This document shows, piece after piece, positions 10,979-19,871 of a stretch of 64,000 bases of DNA. Source of the stretch: Candidatus Bathyarchaeota archaeon (GTDB taxonomy: Archaea; Thermoproteota; Bathyarchaeia; Bathyarchaeales; Bathycorpusculaceae); assembly GCA_963826715.1 (NCBI GenBank), contig CAWGYA010000008.1, positions 160,001 through 224,000 of the forward strand. The letters are read 5' to 3'. Position numbers and translations under genes: made by a program. Under the pieces are notes generated by a model. The model saw only the letters and a list, made by a program, of their open reading frames with translations. It did no database searches and was not told the origin of the DNA. Each line of letters starts with the position of its first letter. Within the stretch, counting starts at the first letter, position 1.

Positions 10979-13855
10979 TTAATGGAAGCGTTTACTGAGA
11001 GCTTTCCGTTCTGCTTCCAAAACAAGCTCATAGAAGTGGTCAGAGAGATTTTGTTCCTTTTCTAAAACCCCTGTCGCATCAGAAGCCCAAAGCCTTCGTG
11101 CACTCAACACTACCGCTGCAACTTTACCGTACTGTTCAATAAGATCCGCCGATTTTTTAGCTTGAACACGCATTTTCTCCTCATTTTTAGCCAAATGCTC
11201 ACCCTTCTTATCAAGTAGATTAATTGCCTTCTCTTCCTCTACTTTGAGCATACCAATAGCGTTGGAACCACATCTTGGGCATATAGGTTTATTCGGGAGG
11301 TCTTTTATGCGTATCATCGCCATGTAATCCCAACAGTTAGTGCAGATGAAAGTGCCTGTTTCATTAAGCAACCTTGCCTTTGCAGACTCGACTAAGACAG
11401 CCCGCATCTGTTCAGGCGGGATTAGGTCAGTTTTCATACTCACCCGTTCAATACCAACACGAGCCACAGGAGTCGGGTTCCCGGCTGTATTAACTATCTG
11501 AAGCCGCACCTCACCTTCACGCAATCGCCCCAGAACCTTTACTAAACCGTCGGCATCAAGATCTTTATTAAAAACTTCTTTGAGACCTTCTTCATAGATG
11601 GGTGTGCCTTCGAAACTGGAGATAATTTTTTGAAGGCTTACATTACTAAAGTCCGCCCATTTTTTGAGCGCGCCGAATCTGCGAGCGACTTGGATGACAC
11701 GACGCTTAAATAGCCCAGTTTTCACCGCAGAGTCAATTAAGGTTCTCCGAATAGCTGCTTCAGGTAGGTCCTTGATTTCCTTTAACACATCTACCAGTCG
11801 CTCGGCAGACATTGCACTCATAATTTGAACAAAAATCCGGTATGGATCATGCTGCACCACGATACCGCGTCCCAGCTTATCCGAGAGCACCTGCCCAAGT
11901 AGCTGCGCCAGCGCCCGATTAACTAATGAACCGAAGTTCGAGTGAATAATGATGAATTCACCCCATTCTTCTACGACAATCCGTTCGCGGGTGGGCACTG
12001 GAAAACCACTGTGGACCTGCTCAAGAGTTTCTGATATTGCATGTTGAATGGTTTGAGCATCAGCGGGATACCGCTCCGAGAGTACGGTACTGATTTGTTC
12101 AGCACTGGCGCCTCTATGAGATTGCGCTTCGACAAAACCTCGGATTTCAGCAAGGTCTTGAGCTATCTCATAAGGTACTGGGATTTCTTCGCCTATCCAA
12201 CTCGGTATCGAACCTGTGTGGTCTTCGACGGGGCGCACGTATACTTTGTCCTCGGTAGCGTGAATTATTTGCCATGGGCTTCCGCGAATGATGAATTTGG
12301 TTCCTGGCTTACCATATTCCGCCATAAATGCCTCATCAAGCACTCCTATGGAGGAATCTGCTGTTTCGTCGATGACAAGGAATTGTTTCTCTTCAGGAAT
12401 CATCGATAGATTATCAAAATAATATTCAAACAGCGCCTTACTGCGTTGAGGACGCAAAACCACTTTGTCTTCAAATGATGCCCAAGCCAGTCGTGGAAAA
12501 CGTTGGTGCATATACTTAATGATTTTTTCAATATCATCAATTGTTAGGTTCTGGAAGGGAGCGGCGTTTTTGTATATCCCCAGGATTTCCCCAAAAGTTA
12601 ACCGGCGATTTTTAAGCAGCAACCCGGCTATTTGATGTGTCAAGACATCATAGGGTTTGTCAGGTATCGAGATTGGCTCAAGCTGCTCCTGTAAAGCACG
12701 CTTAGCAATAACCAAGGCTTCAAGGGTGTCGTCGGAGTCCATGCCGATTATTATGCCCTCTGAAAGGTTGCCATAGGTGTGACCTGCTCGACCGACTCGT
12801 TGAATAAGCCGCGATACCTGCCGCGGACTCATATATTGTATGACCAAATCAATGTGGCCCACATCGATACCAAGTTCAAGGCTGCTAGTCGCAATCAGCC
12901 CCTTAAGTACACCACGTTTGAGTCCAGTTTCCGCCGCTATTCGTGAAGGCTTAGCAAGAGAGCCATGATGAATAGAAATAGGGAAGTCCATATCCCAAAC
13001 TTTAAATCGGGAAGCCAAAACCTCGGAAACCGATCGAGTATTCGTAAACAACAACACGGATTTGCGTTTGGTCATGTAGTCGCGGATAATACGTAGTCGT
13101 GCCGCCACCTCGGGATGAGTGTAGATTTTGCCTGCAAAACCAATGTCCTCCTCGGTGGGCTGTGGATAAATAACTGAGAGCTTCACCATTTTTGCCACAG
13201 AGACACGTACGATTTCGACTATACGATTGACTCCGACAAGGAATTGCGCAACTTTTTCAGGGCTACCCACTGTAGCCGATAAGCCGACCATTTGGAAGTC
13301 CTTGCCAATTAGACCACGAACCCGCTCCAGAGCCAGTGAGAGTTGACTGCCCCGTTTGCTATCAGCTAACTCATGCACTTCATCAATCACTACCCATTTA
13401 AGAGCTTGAAGATGCTGACGCAGCAACCAACCTGACAGGATAGCTTGGAGAGTTTCTGGGGTGGTAATTAGGATATCAGGTGGGCATTGACTTTGGCGAG
13501 TACGTTCTTTTTGCTCAGTATCGCCATGCCTAACTGCCAATTTGATATCGAGATTATTACACCACCATTGTAACCGTTCGAGCAAATCGCGGTTTAACGC
13601 ACGAAGCGGAGTAATATAGAGAACTTTTATGCCAGGCGTTTTAGGTTGCTGGAGAAGCATACTAAGAATAGGAAGAAAAGCCGCCTCGGTTTTTCCCGTA
13701 GCTGTCGGGGAAATAAGAAGCACATTTTTGCCTTCAAGGATTTTAGGGATGACTTTCTCTTGAGGCTCAGTAGGTTTAGAGAAGCCCCTTTGCTCAATAA
13801 GCCTCCGTACTGGCTTCACAAGAATTTCAAAAGAGCTCTCAGAAGTTACCTGCAA
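10979..13855 (-). CDS. lhr: Lhr-like SF2 helicase
   Basis: SPTATGKT, DEVH, SAT, HHGSL, QRVGRAGH; C-terminal CTNC/CPRC zinc finger. Confidence 0.92.
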   Translation of the reverse strand: MQVTSESSFEILVKPVRRLIEQRGFSKPTEPQEKVIPKILEGKNVLLISPTATGKTEAAFLPILSMLLQQPKTPGIKVLYITPLRALNRDLLERLQWWCNNLDIKLAVRHGDTEQKERTRQSQCPPDILITTPETLQAILSGWLLRQHLQALKWVVIDEVHELADSKRGSQLSLALERVRGLIGKDFQMVGLSATVGSPEKVAQFLVGVNRIVEIVRVSVAKMVKLSVIYPQPTEEDIGFAGKIYTHPEVAARLRIIRDYMTKRKSVLLFTNTRSVSEVLASRFKVWDMDFPISIHHGSLAKPSRIAAETGLKRGVLKGLIATSSLELGIDVGHIDLVIQYMSPRQVSRLIQRVGRAGHTYGNLSEGIIIGMDSDDTLEALVIAKRALQEQLEPISIPDKPYDVLTHQIAGLLLKNRRLTFGEILGIYKNAAPFQNLTIDDIEKIIKYMHQRFPRLAWASFEDKVVLRPQRSKALFEYYFDNLSMIPEEKQFLVIDETADSSIGVLDEAFMAEYGKPGTKFIIRGSPWQIIHATEDKVYVRPVEDHTGSIPSWIGEEIPVPYEIAQDLAEIRGFVEAQSHRGASAEQISTVLSERYPADAQTIQHAISETLEQVHSGFPVPTRERIVVEEWGEFIIIHSNFGSLVNRALAQLLGQVLSDKLGRGIVVQHDPYRIFVQIMSAMSAERLVDVLKEIKDLPEAAIRRTLIDSAVKTGLFKRRVIQVARRFGALKKWADFSNVSLQKIISSFEGTPIYEEGLKEVFNKDLDADGLVKVLGRLREGEVRLQIVNTAGNPTPVARVGIERVSMKTDLIPPEQMRAVLVESAKARLLNETGTFICTNCWDYMAMIRIKDLPNKPICPRCGSNAIGMLKVEEEKAINLLDKKGEHLAKNEEKMRVQAKKSADLIEQYGKVAAVVLSARRLWASDATGVLEKEQNLSDHFYELVLEAERKALSKRFH

Positions 13856-14171
13856 TACAAATTATTCCTCGATTGGTTAAAAGAATAGCTTTAGGTAGTG
13901 CTATAAAAATGTTGGATAGAAAAGTTGCAGATGACAAATTAGAGAGGCACTTTTCATTTCTAATTTTTTAGCTGTTTTATTGGTGCTGTTCCTGATGAAT
14001 ACAGAACCTTTCAATGGATAGTTTCCACATTTCCCTAACATTTTTTCGATGATGTTTACATAAAGCTGTTTAATCTCCATGATGAACTAAAAAATATCTA
14101 TCGGAAAAATATGGAAACTTTTTTATGCAATCAGCCGAATGGCATCAAAGCGATATTACGGAGGAAAATAA

Positions 14172-14342
14172 ATGGCTAAATGTCCAAAATGCGGAACCGA
14201 CGTATCGAAGCCAAAAAAGACATGGAAAATGGCAGGCCGCCCAGACAAAGCTGGAAAACGCATGCAACTCGAAATCGGCCTCTATGAATGCCCCAAATGC
14301 GGCAACGTATTCCGCGAAGTGCTAAGCAAACAAAAAATCTAA
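14172..14342 (+). CDS. cren7: Cren7-like chromatin protein (56 aa, two CxxC)
   Basis: MAKCPKCGTDVSKPKKTWKMAGRPDKAGKRMQLEIGLYECPKCGNVFREVLSKQKI; GGAGG RBS upstream. Confidence 0.8.
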   Translation: MAKCPKCGTDVSKPKKTWKMAGRPDKAGKRMQLEIGLYECPKCGNVFREVLSKQKI

Positions 14343-14351
14343 AAACGAACA

Positions 14352-14389
14352 GTGCCTCAGGATTGAGCACTCTCTATTTTTCTTTTTTT
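14352..14389 (+). terminator. short hairpin plus T-tract after cren7
   Basis: GTGCCTCA...TGAGCAC followed by TTTTTCTTTTTTT. Confidence 0.5.
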
Positions 14390-14416
14390 AAAATACCCGA
14401 TAATTAAAATCAGTTT
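14383..14416. repeat. left attachment/end site
   Basis: TTTTAAAA-N9-ATTAAAATCAGTTT. Confidence 0.75.
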
Positions 14417-14511
14417 TTAGTTTTACATAAAGCGCTATTAATTGGCATAATTAACTTAGGGCAAAATCTAAAAGCTAAAACAGTTTAATTGCAACTATCA
14501 AGGTCTTTAAA

Positions 14512-15312
14512 ATGACATTAATCCTCACTGAAGTCTCAAATTTTGGAATAGCAATGGCGGCTGATTCCGCTGTTACAATCCCAGTTATTAATGCTCATGG
14601 TGACCGACAATACAGGGTTTTGATGGGCGTTAACAAACTACAAGTAATTGAGAAATTAAATGCAGGGATAGCCATTTGGGGATTAGCTGAATTGACAATC
14701 GAACACGACCAAAAAATCGATATTGATGTTTGGTTGCGTGACTTCATACAATCTGAAAGGACAAACTACAATTCTCTTTCTGATTTTGCTACATTATTAC
14801 AAAATCGGATAAGAAATTATGTTGACCCAATAGATGCTGTTCAAAGACCATTAGGAAATATTGGTTTTCATCTTGCGGGTTTTGTAGAATACGAAGGTCA
14901 TCAAACCCCAACATTTTATCATATTCATAATGGCAGAAGTCAGGCGTTGGAGGCAAGAGGAACCCATATTGACCCAACCATCATCAATGCAAACCACGAC
15001 CTTCCTCCAAATTTAACCCAACAAGTTTTTGCTCAAGGGCAAGCATATCTAACTCGAAATGGCGACTTTACAATTTACGCTGCGCTTTTTAACCATATTG
15101 GGCAATTCCTGCAAGGTTTATCTCAATATGGTGGACTCACAATACCGCAATCAAGAAACCTAAAAGAAAGAGCCGAATGGTTGCGATTTCAAATTAAAAC
15201 CATGTCTGAACTTTACAGGCTTAGCAACTTGCATCTTCCAACAATCGGAGGAAAGATTGACACGTTACTCATAACTCCGAATAGTGTTGACGATTGCGGA
15301 TTAACCTTTTAG
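14512..15312 (+). CDS. Ntn-hydrolase, proteasome beta-like peptidase
   Basis: M-T start, GIAMAADS, NKL, FHLAGF, TIGGKI match the T1 peptidase pattern. Confidence 0.65.
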   Translation: MTLILTEVSNFGIAMAADSAVTIPVINAHGDRQYRVLMGVNKLQVIEKLNAGIAIWGLAELTIEHDQKIDIDVWLRDFIQSERTNYNSLSDFATLLQNRIRNYVDPIDAVQRPLGNIGFHLAGFVEYEGHQTPTFYHIHNGRSQALEARGTHIDPTIINANHDLPPNLTQQVFAQGQAYLTRNGDFTIYAALFNHIGQFLQGLSQYGGLTIPQSRNLKERAEWLRFQIKTMSELYRLSNLHLPTIGGKIDTLLITPNSVDDCGLTF

Positions 15313-15330
15313 ATTCCACGGTTCTATGAC

Positions 15331-15606
15331 TCATAAATCACCTAACGGATAGCCTTCACGCTTAATGACCTTAACGCCTTTGGAATTGAACATCATTGTT
15401 TTACTGCTGAAATTTATGTAAAAGCAATCCAAATCTACAAAAACCGAATGATGCTTGTCTGTAACAAACGGAAAGCGTTTCTGTAATCGCTTAACATCTT
15501 CTTGGCTTTCAGGTTCAATAACAAAACCCTCTGCGAAAACTTTGTCGCAAATCGCGCATTTCATGGATTCCTTGATTTCTTTCTTACCGAACCATACAGC
15601 CTTCAA
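15331..15606 (-). CDS. hypothetical protein, possible Zn finger
   Basis: CAIC...DLDC; TTG start overlaps the upstream stop (TTGA). Confidence 0.6.
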   Translation of the reverse strand: MKAVWFGKKEIKESMKCAICDKVFAEGFVIEPESQEDVKRLQKRFPFVTDKHHSVFVDLDCFYINFSSKTMMFNSKGVKVIKREGYPLGDL

Positions 15607-15695
15607 TCGTTAACACCTTTATCCATGCTTTTCGGGATGAACGGAACAAGCGGTTTCACGCTGTATTTTGAGGAACACAAACATGAACAACACAT
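15603..15695 (-). CDS. 30-aa Cys-rich micro-protein
   Basis: MCCSCLCSSKYSVKPLVPFIPKSMDKGVND; AGGTGA RBS; stop coupled to the next start. Confidence 0.4.
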   Translation of the reverse strand: MCCSCLCSSKYSVKPLVPFIPKSMDKGVND

Positions 15696-15867
15696 GCTCC
15701 GTTCACCTTTCCGCGTCTGAAATATCTATGCAGGGATGCTTGATATAATCGTTATCAAACGAATAAGATGTTAAAAGGCAGATTATTTACACGTTCGAGT
15801 TTTTGTTAGTGCAAAAATTTAAAACCATTATTCCGTATTAACAATTGGGAATCAAGAGGGAAATCAT

Positions 15868-16476
15868 ATGTCTATATCTCCATCTAACGACCAAGTAAGA
15901 GTTATTATTTTAGATTTTCTTCATAAGGAATTGCAAGAACATCCAAGGGATGTCACCAATAAAGAAAATATAGTTCAAGCGTTAGGGGTTCCCCAAAAAC
16001 AACTTGACTTTAACATGTTCTATCTTCAAGAAAAGGGATTAGTTGAACTCATAACTGCAATGGACGGTTGGCATTGCGCAAATATAACAGCCTATGGCAT
16101 TGATGTTATCGAAAACAAGGATTCTTACAAAAGCGAATTTCCTTTTATAAATAATACAACAATTCAAGTGCAAGGTAACAATTACGGCGCTATAATTCAA
16201 GCAAATAATCATTCAACCATTATTTTCCATCAGCAAATATCAGATGCTTTCAAGGAAGCTTATGAAAAAATTGAAAAAGAACAAAGTTTAGCTCCTGAAT
16301 TAAAGGAGCAAATAAAAGTCAAAACAAAAGCATTGGAAGAGGAACTCAATAAAGCTGAACCTGATGCAGGGATAATCCAACAATCATGGAAATGGATTAA
16401 ACAAAACGCAAACTGGTTGATTCCAACATTAACCCAAGTTGTTACCGAAGGAATAAAAATTGCCTGTGGGGTTTAA
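15868..16476 (+). CDS. N-terminal winged-helix protein with N/Q/G-rich linker and helical C-terminus
   Basis: YLQEKGLV...ITAYGID wHTH pattern; IQVQGNNYGAIIQANNHS linker. Confidence 0.65.
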   Translation: MSISPSNDQVRVIILDFLHKELQEHPRDVTNKENIVQALGVPQKQLDFNMFYLQEKGLVELITAMDGWHCANITAYGIDVIENKDSYKSEFPFINNTTIQVQGNNYGAIIQANNHSTIIFHQQISDAFKEAYEKIEKEQSLAPELKEQIKVKTKALEEELNKAEPDAGIIQQSWKWIKQNANWLIPTLTQVVTEGIKIACGV

Positions 16477-16498
16477 AGAAAGGCAAAATTGTTAACGA

Positions 16499-16999
16499 TT
16501 ACTTGTTATTCGATGCGAGAACTAAAACTGATAGACCCAAAAGTCCCATAACTATGAATGCAGCGAGCCTTCCTTTGTCTGCGCCATCTTTTATACAATA
16601 GGCTTTCTCTTGAACTTTATTTGCCAATTCATTTAACTTCTCTTGATTCATGGGGTCAAAAGTAGCATAGACTGTCGTATAACTTATCATTAAAGGAACG
16701 GGAACACCTTCTTCTGCAAAAACATAAATTTCCTTTCGAGGTTTTTTGTGATAAGCGGCTGAAATTTCCCAGTTAACCACATCTCTTGTATCTTGGTTGT
16801 TTGCTACGTTTGCCGTCCAAAATACAAAAACTGCTTCAGAAGCTTCTATTGCGTCATCCAATTTTTTGGGTAAAGGAAACGGTGTGGGGTCTTCTACTTT
16901 TGCAAGATATGGCTCAACTGGAATAAGTTTCAAGTTTGAAACAACAGTGTCGATTAACCATCCATCTTTACTGCTGTGCGCGATAAATATACGAACCAT
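16499..16999 (-). CDS. TIR-domain protein with C-terminal transmembrane helix
   Basis: RIFIAHSSKD, AIEASEAVFVFWT, VNWEISAA (catalytic-type Glu); hydrophobic C-terminus. Confidence 0.8.
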   Translation of the reverse strand: MVRIFIAHSSKDGWLIDTVVSNLKLIPVEPYLAKVEDPTPFPLPKKLDDAIEASEAVFVFWTANVANNQDTRDVVNWEISAAYHKKPRKEIYVFAEEGVPVPLMISYTTVYATFDPMNQEKLNELANKVQEKAYCIKDGADKGRLAAFIVMGLLGLSVLVLASNNK

Positions 17000-17037
17000 T
17001 ATCTATTCACTCTTGTCCTTGTATGATTAGTTAATGA

Positions 17038-17081
17038 TTTAAGTTTTTACACTACGAAAGCCTGCGATGCAAAAACTTAAA
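17038..17081. promoter_or_regulatory. back-to-back G(T/C)AAAAACTTAAA motifs (BRE/TATA-like) forming an inverted repeat
   Basis: TTTAAGTTTTTAC...GCAAAAACTTAAA; the same motif is at 17705-17717, with variants at 15811 and 14461. Confidence 0.65.
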
Positions 17082-17104
17082 GCCAAATAAACTGAGTATC
17101 AAAT

Positions 17105-17701
17105 ATGGATGAGATTTGGAAAGAAGCGAAAAATGTCAATGATAAAATTGCAATTAGGCTCGCATCCGTTCCTAATTTTGCCCTGAATGTTTATCATCCA
17201 AAACAGGTTGAATATTATTCAAAATTTACTGAGTTAATATACAAAGCATTAAACGTGGACTCGGTTTGTGGCTTCTTGCAAGAGCTTACCAAAAATCTAA
17301 GCAGCGATAAAATTGAGATAAGAGTCATGCGCTTGCCTTCTAACAGAAGCAAGATATTTGGAATTACCACGAAAGGAAGAATCCTTGACCAGCAGTTATA
17401 TGGACGTGCATGGAAAAAGAAACCTTTGGTTGATATTTTTCCCGACTGCATATTTTCTGACAATAAATCTGAGCCTTATCTGAATGTGGGATTGAGAGGA
17501 TACGTTATCAATGGTTCAATTCGAACAGTAATTCATGAACTTCTCCACAAATCAGGTTTACACGAAGAAACAAAGGTTCGCGAATTAACAGAACAACTTT
17601 ACAAGGAGTTTCGAAAGAAACACATTGCAAACTTTGACAGCGAAATTAAGCCGTTGGTTAAAGAATGGAAAAAATTTGAAAAGCAGATTAACTCAGGTTA
17701 A
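17105..17701 (+). CDS. hypothetical protein with HExxH zincin motif
   Basis: VIHELLH followed by EE. Confidence 0.6.
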   Translation: MDEIWKEAKNVNDKIAIRLASVPNFALNVYHPKQVEYYSKFTELIYKALNVDSVCGFLQELTKNLSSDKIEIRVMRLPSNRSKIFGITTKGRILDQQLYGRAWKKKPLVDIFPDCIFSDNKSEPYLNVGLRGYVINGSIRTVIHELLHKSGLHEETKVRELTEQLYKEFRKKHIANFDSEIKPLVKEWKKFEKQINSG

Positions 17702-17740
17702 CATGCAAAAACTTAAACGTTAATTAGTTGACTATCAAGC

Positions 17741-18157
17741 ATGGTCTATGAAGAGATTGTGATTTCTGTTCTCGGTGTTGTGGGAACTGCAAGCGTCGTC
17801 ACAGCTTGCTTAACATACGTTTTCGACAAGAGAAAGGAAATAGCGTTTAGAGAACAAGAGTACAAAGAAATGCGGTACAAGGCAATGGTACTCCAAATGA
17901 AAGTATTGCTAAAACCAGACGATTTGAAATACATGCAATTACATAGACCCGATTTGAAGAACATGCAAGACGTAAAAAATGAGGTTGAAACCGAACTTTA
18001 CAACTGCCTTCTATTTGCCTCAGATGATGTAATCAAATCATTAAAACAGTTTATTCTAACACCTAACAACATAACTTATGCCAAAACTGTCTTTGCAATG
18101 AGAAAAGATTGTTGGAACAAGAAAACAAGTTTGAGACCTGAAGAAATCAACATCTAA
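17741..18157 (+). CDS. hypothetical protein with N-terminal TM helix
   Basis: Hydrophobic N-terminus; own promoter motif at 17705. Confidence 0.7.
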   Translation: MVYEEIVISVLGVVGTASVVTACLTYVFDKRKEIAFREQEYKEMRYKAMVLQMKVLLKPDDLKYMQLHRPDLKNMQDVKNEVETELYNCLLFASDDVIKSLKQFILTPNNITYAKTVFAMRKDCWNKKTSLRPEEINI

Positions 18158-18183
18158 GTCGCAAAGTCAACTGAGCGATAACC

Positions 18184-18744
18184 ATGAACAAAATTAAGGA
18201 GCTTAAAAATCTTGCAGAGTTGAATTTTTGCGAAAGATGTTTCCAGTATTACAAAGCATTGATTGAACCAAACATAAAGGAATTTTTAGCTAAACCTCTG
18301 AATGATTGGCTGTGGGTCGAAAACCAAATCACTCAGATGGCTATGAAACAGAAAGGTGTATTCAAAACAAAAGAGATAATCATTCCCAATAAGGGCGAGG
18401 AAGAAAAATTCGCTAATCAAATTGACGCAAAGAAATTTAGAGAAATTAATAGATGGAGTTTCAAAAAGAAAATAGATTATCTTCATGCTGAAGGTATCCT
18501 GCAAGATTTCTCTTACAAAGTATTGGATAAAGCGAGACACGCACGAAACAAGATTCATGGAGAGCCTATTTTAACTGAATTAACTGAACAAGATTATGCT
18601 TTGTTCTCTGTATCAAATGCGATTGTCTCTCAATTATGGAGACCAACATTGTTTGAGGACAAGGTTGAAATCGACTCTTTCCTGAAAAATAATGCTGAAA
18701 AAATTGCTGAGTTGTTTTTGAAACAATCAAATAATATTATTTAG
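18184..18744 (+). CDS. HEPN-like protein
   Basis: SFKKKIDYL...ARHARNKIH, an R-x-H motif in a helical protein. Confidence 0.5.
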   Translation: MNKIKELKNLAELNFCERCFQYYKALIEPNIKEFLAKPLNDWLWVENQITQMAMKQKGVFKTKEIIIPNKGEEEKFANQIDAKKFREINRWSFKKKIDYLHAEGILQDFSYKVLDKARHARNKIHGEPILTELTEQDYALFSVSNAIVSQLWRPTLFEDKVEIDSFLKNNAEKIAELFLKQSNNII

Positions 18745-19277
18745 CTACAAGTTTTGGTAGAGTTACCTTGAAAGAGGTTAAGCTTGAAAAATTGCGATAG
18801 ATGAAGCACTTTATCGGTTTCTGTTTGCGGTTGCGCCTTAATCCTTCTTTTCTTTTGCGTCGGAAAGCTACGTTAAGAAAAGCATAGAAGCTCACCTTTC
18901 AAAAGCATCAATATCCAGAATTTTCGCACTTTTAACATCCCAAGTCGAAAGAAAACGAGCAAAATTTCTCCGATAAACGCTGAAATGCGGATGATTTGAG
19001 GAGCTTTAGGCATTATGCTATCAATGTATCAACGATTAATGTTAATTGTTGGTCGCTGTCTGCGTTTGAACGGTGCAAAAGACGCTTTATCATGTTGCAC
19101 AATCTGACGCAAAACATCGTTTATGAATCAATAAAACGCATTTTTAATCACTTCAAGCCCTCATTCATAAGCGTAACAGATAACGATGTTATCTTACTTC
19201 GGATTGACCTCGAAAAGTACAACAACCTCAGAAGCGAATCAGATTAGGTTTAAACGATTTCCTGAGCGACTGTTAAA

Positions 19278-19430
19278 CTAATCATCTATTGACTCAATCA
19301 TGGGTTGACTGCAACATTCAGGAGCTTTCTCTCCTTTGCACACAGCGGAATGAGTGCAACATATTTCATAATCAGCTTTCACAATGCGACCGCATTTGGT
19401 ACACATGAATGTTGGCATGTTTTCGCCCAT
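19278..19430 (-). CDS. 50-aa Cys-rich metal-binding protein
   Basis: MGENMPTFMCTKCGRIVKADYEICCTHSAVCKGEKAPECCSQPMIESIDD. Confidence 0.6.
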   Translation of the reverse strand: MGENMPTFMCTKCGRIVKADYEICCTHSAVCKGEKAPECCSQPMIESIDD

Positions 19431-19553
19431 AATAATTAAGGATTAAAGCCGATTAAAACATTTTCAAAGTTTTCAGGATTTTGCTATCGAAAGCCTGAGT
19501 GATAAAATGAAAACTTTGCGATAATTCGACAAAAAAAAGAAAGAAAAAAAGGT

Positions 19554-19871
19554 TTATTGTGCTGGGGCTTTTATTGCCTCAGAGACGACATTAGCGACCG
19601 CATAAAGGTGATTGCATCGACTTTTTTCGGCTGGTTTAACGTATGCGATTTTGCCCTCCTTTTTCAGCGTTGCCATTTTTGTTCGAATATAGGCGCGTCC
19701 TTGGTCAGCGTCTTTAATGCCTAATTTATCGCTGATTTCGCGCGATGATGCAGGATGCCCAACGTTTTGAACGGCTGTTATAAGCTGTTCAGTTGAGAAA
19801 TTCAGTTTTGCGTTTTGGGTTTTAGTTTTTGAGGTTTTTGTTTTGGGTGTTTTTGACATATGATTCACCAT
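19554..19871 (-). CDS. winged-helix DNA-binding protein
   Basis: PASSREISDKLGI...LKKEGKI; T-tract terminator downstream. Confidence 0.7.
   Translation of the reverse strand: MVNHMSKTPKTKTSKTKTQNAKLNFSTEQLITAVQNVGHPASSREISDKLGIKDADQGRAYIRTKMATLKKEGKIAYVKPAEKSRCNHLYAVANVVSEAIKAPAQ

Noticed and set aside
18996-19247. 83-aa plus-strand ORF in the element
   Set aside because: No promoter motif, RBS or domain pattern; cannot be supported
14412-19518. Canonical integron with attC sites
   Set aside because: No RYYYAAC...GTTRRRY boxes seen, and the integrase is over 4 kb away and not recognisably IntI; kept only as a non-canonical hypothesis
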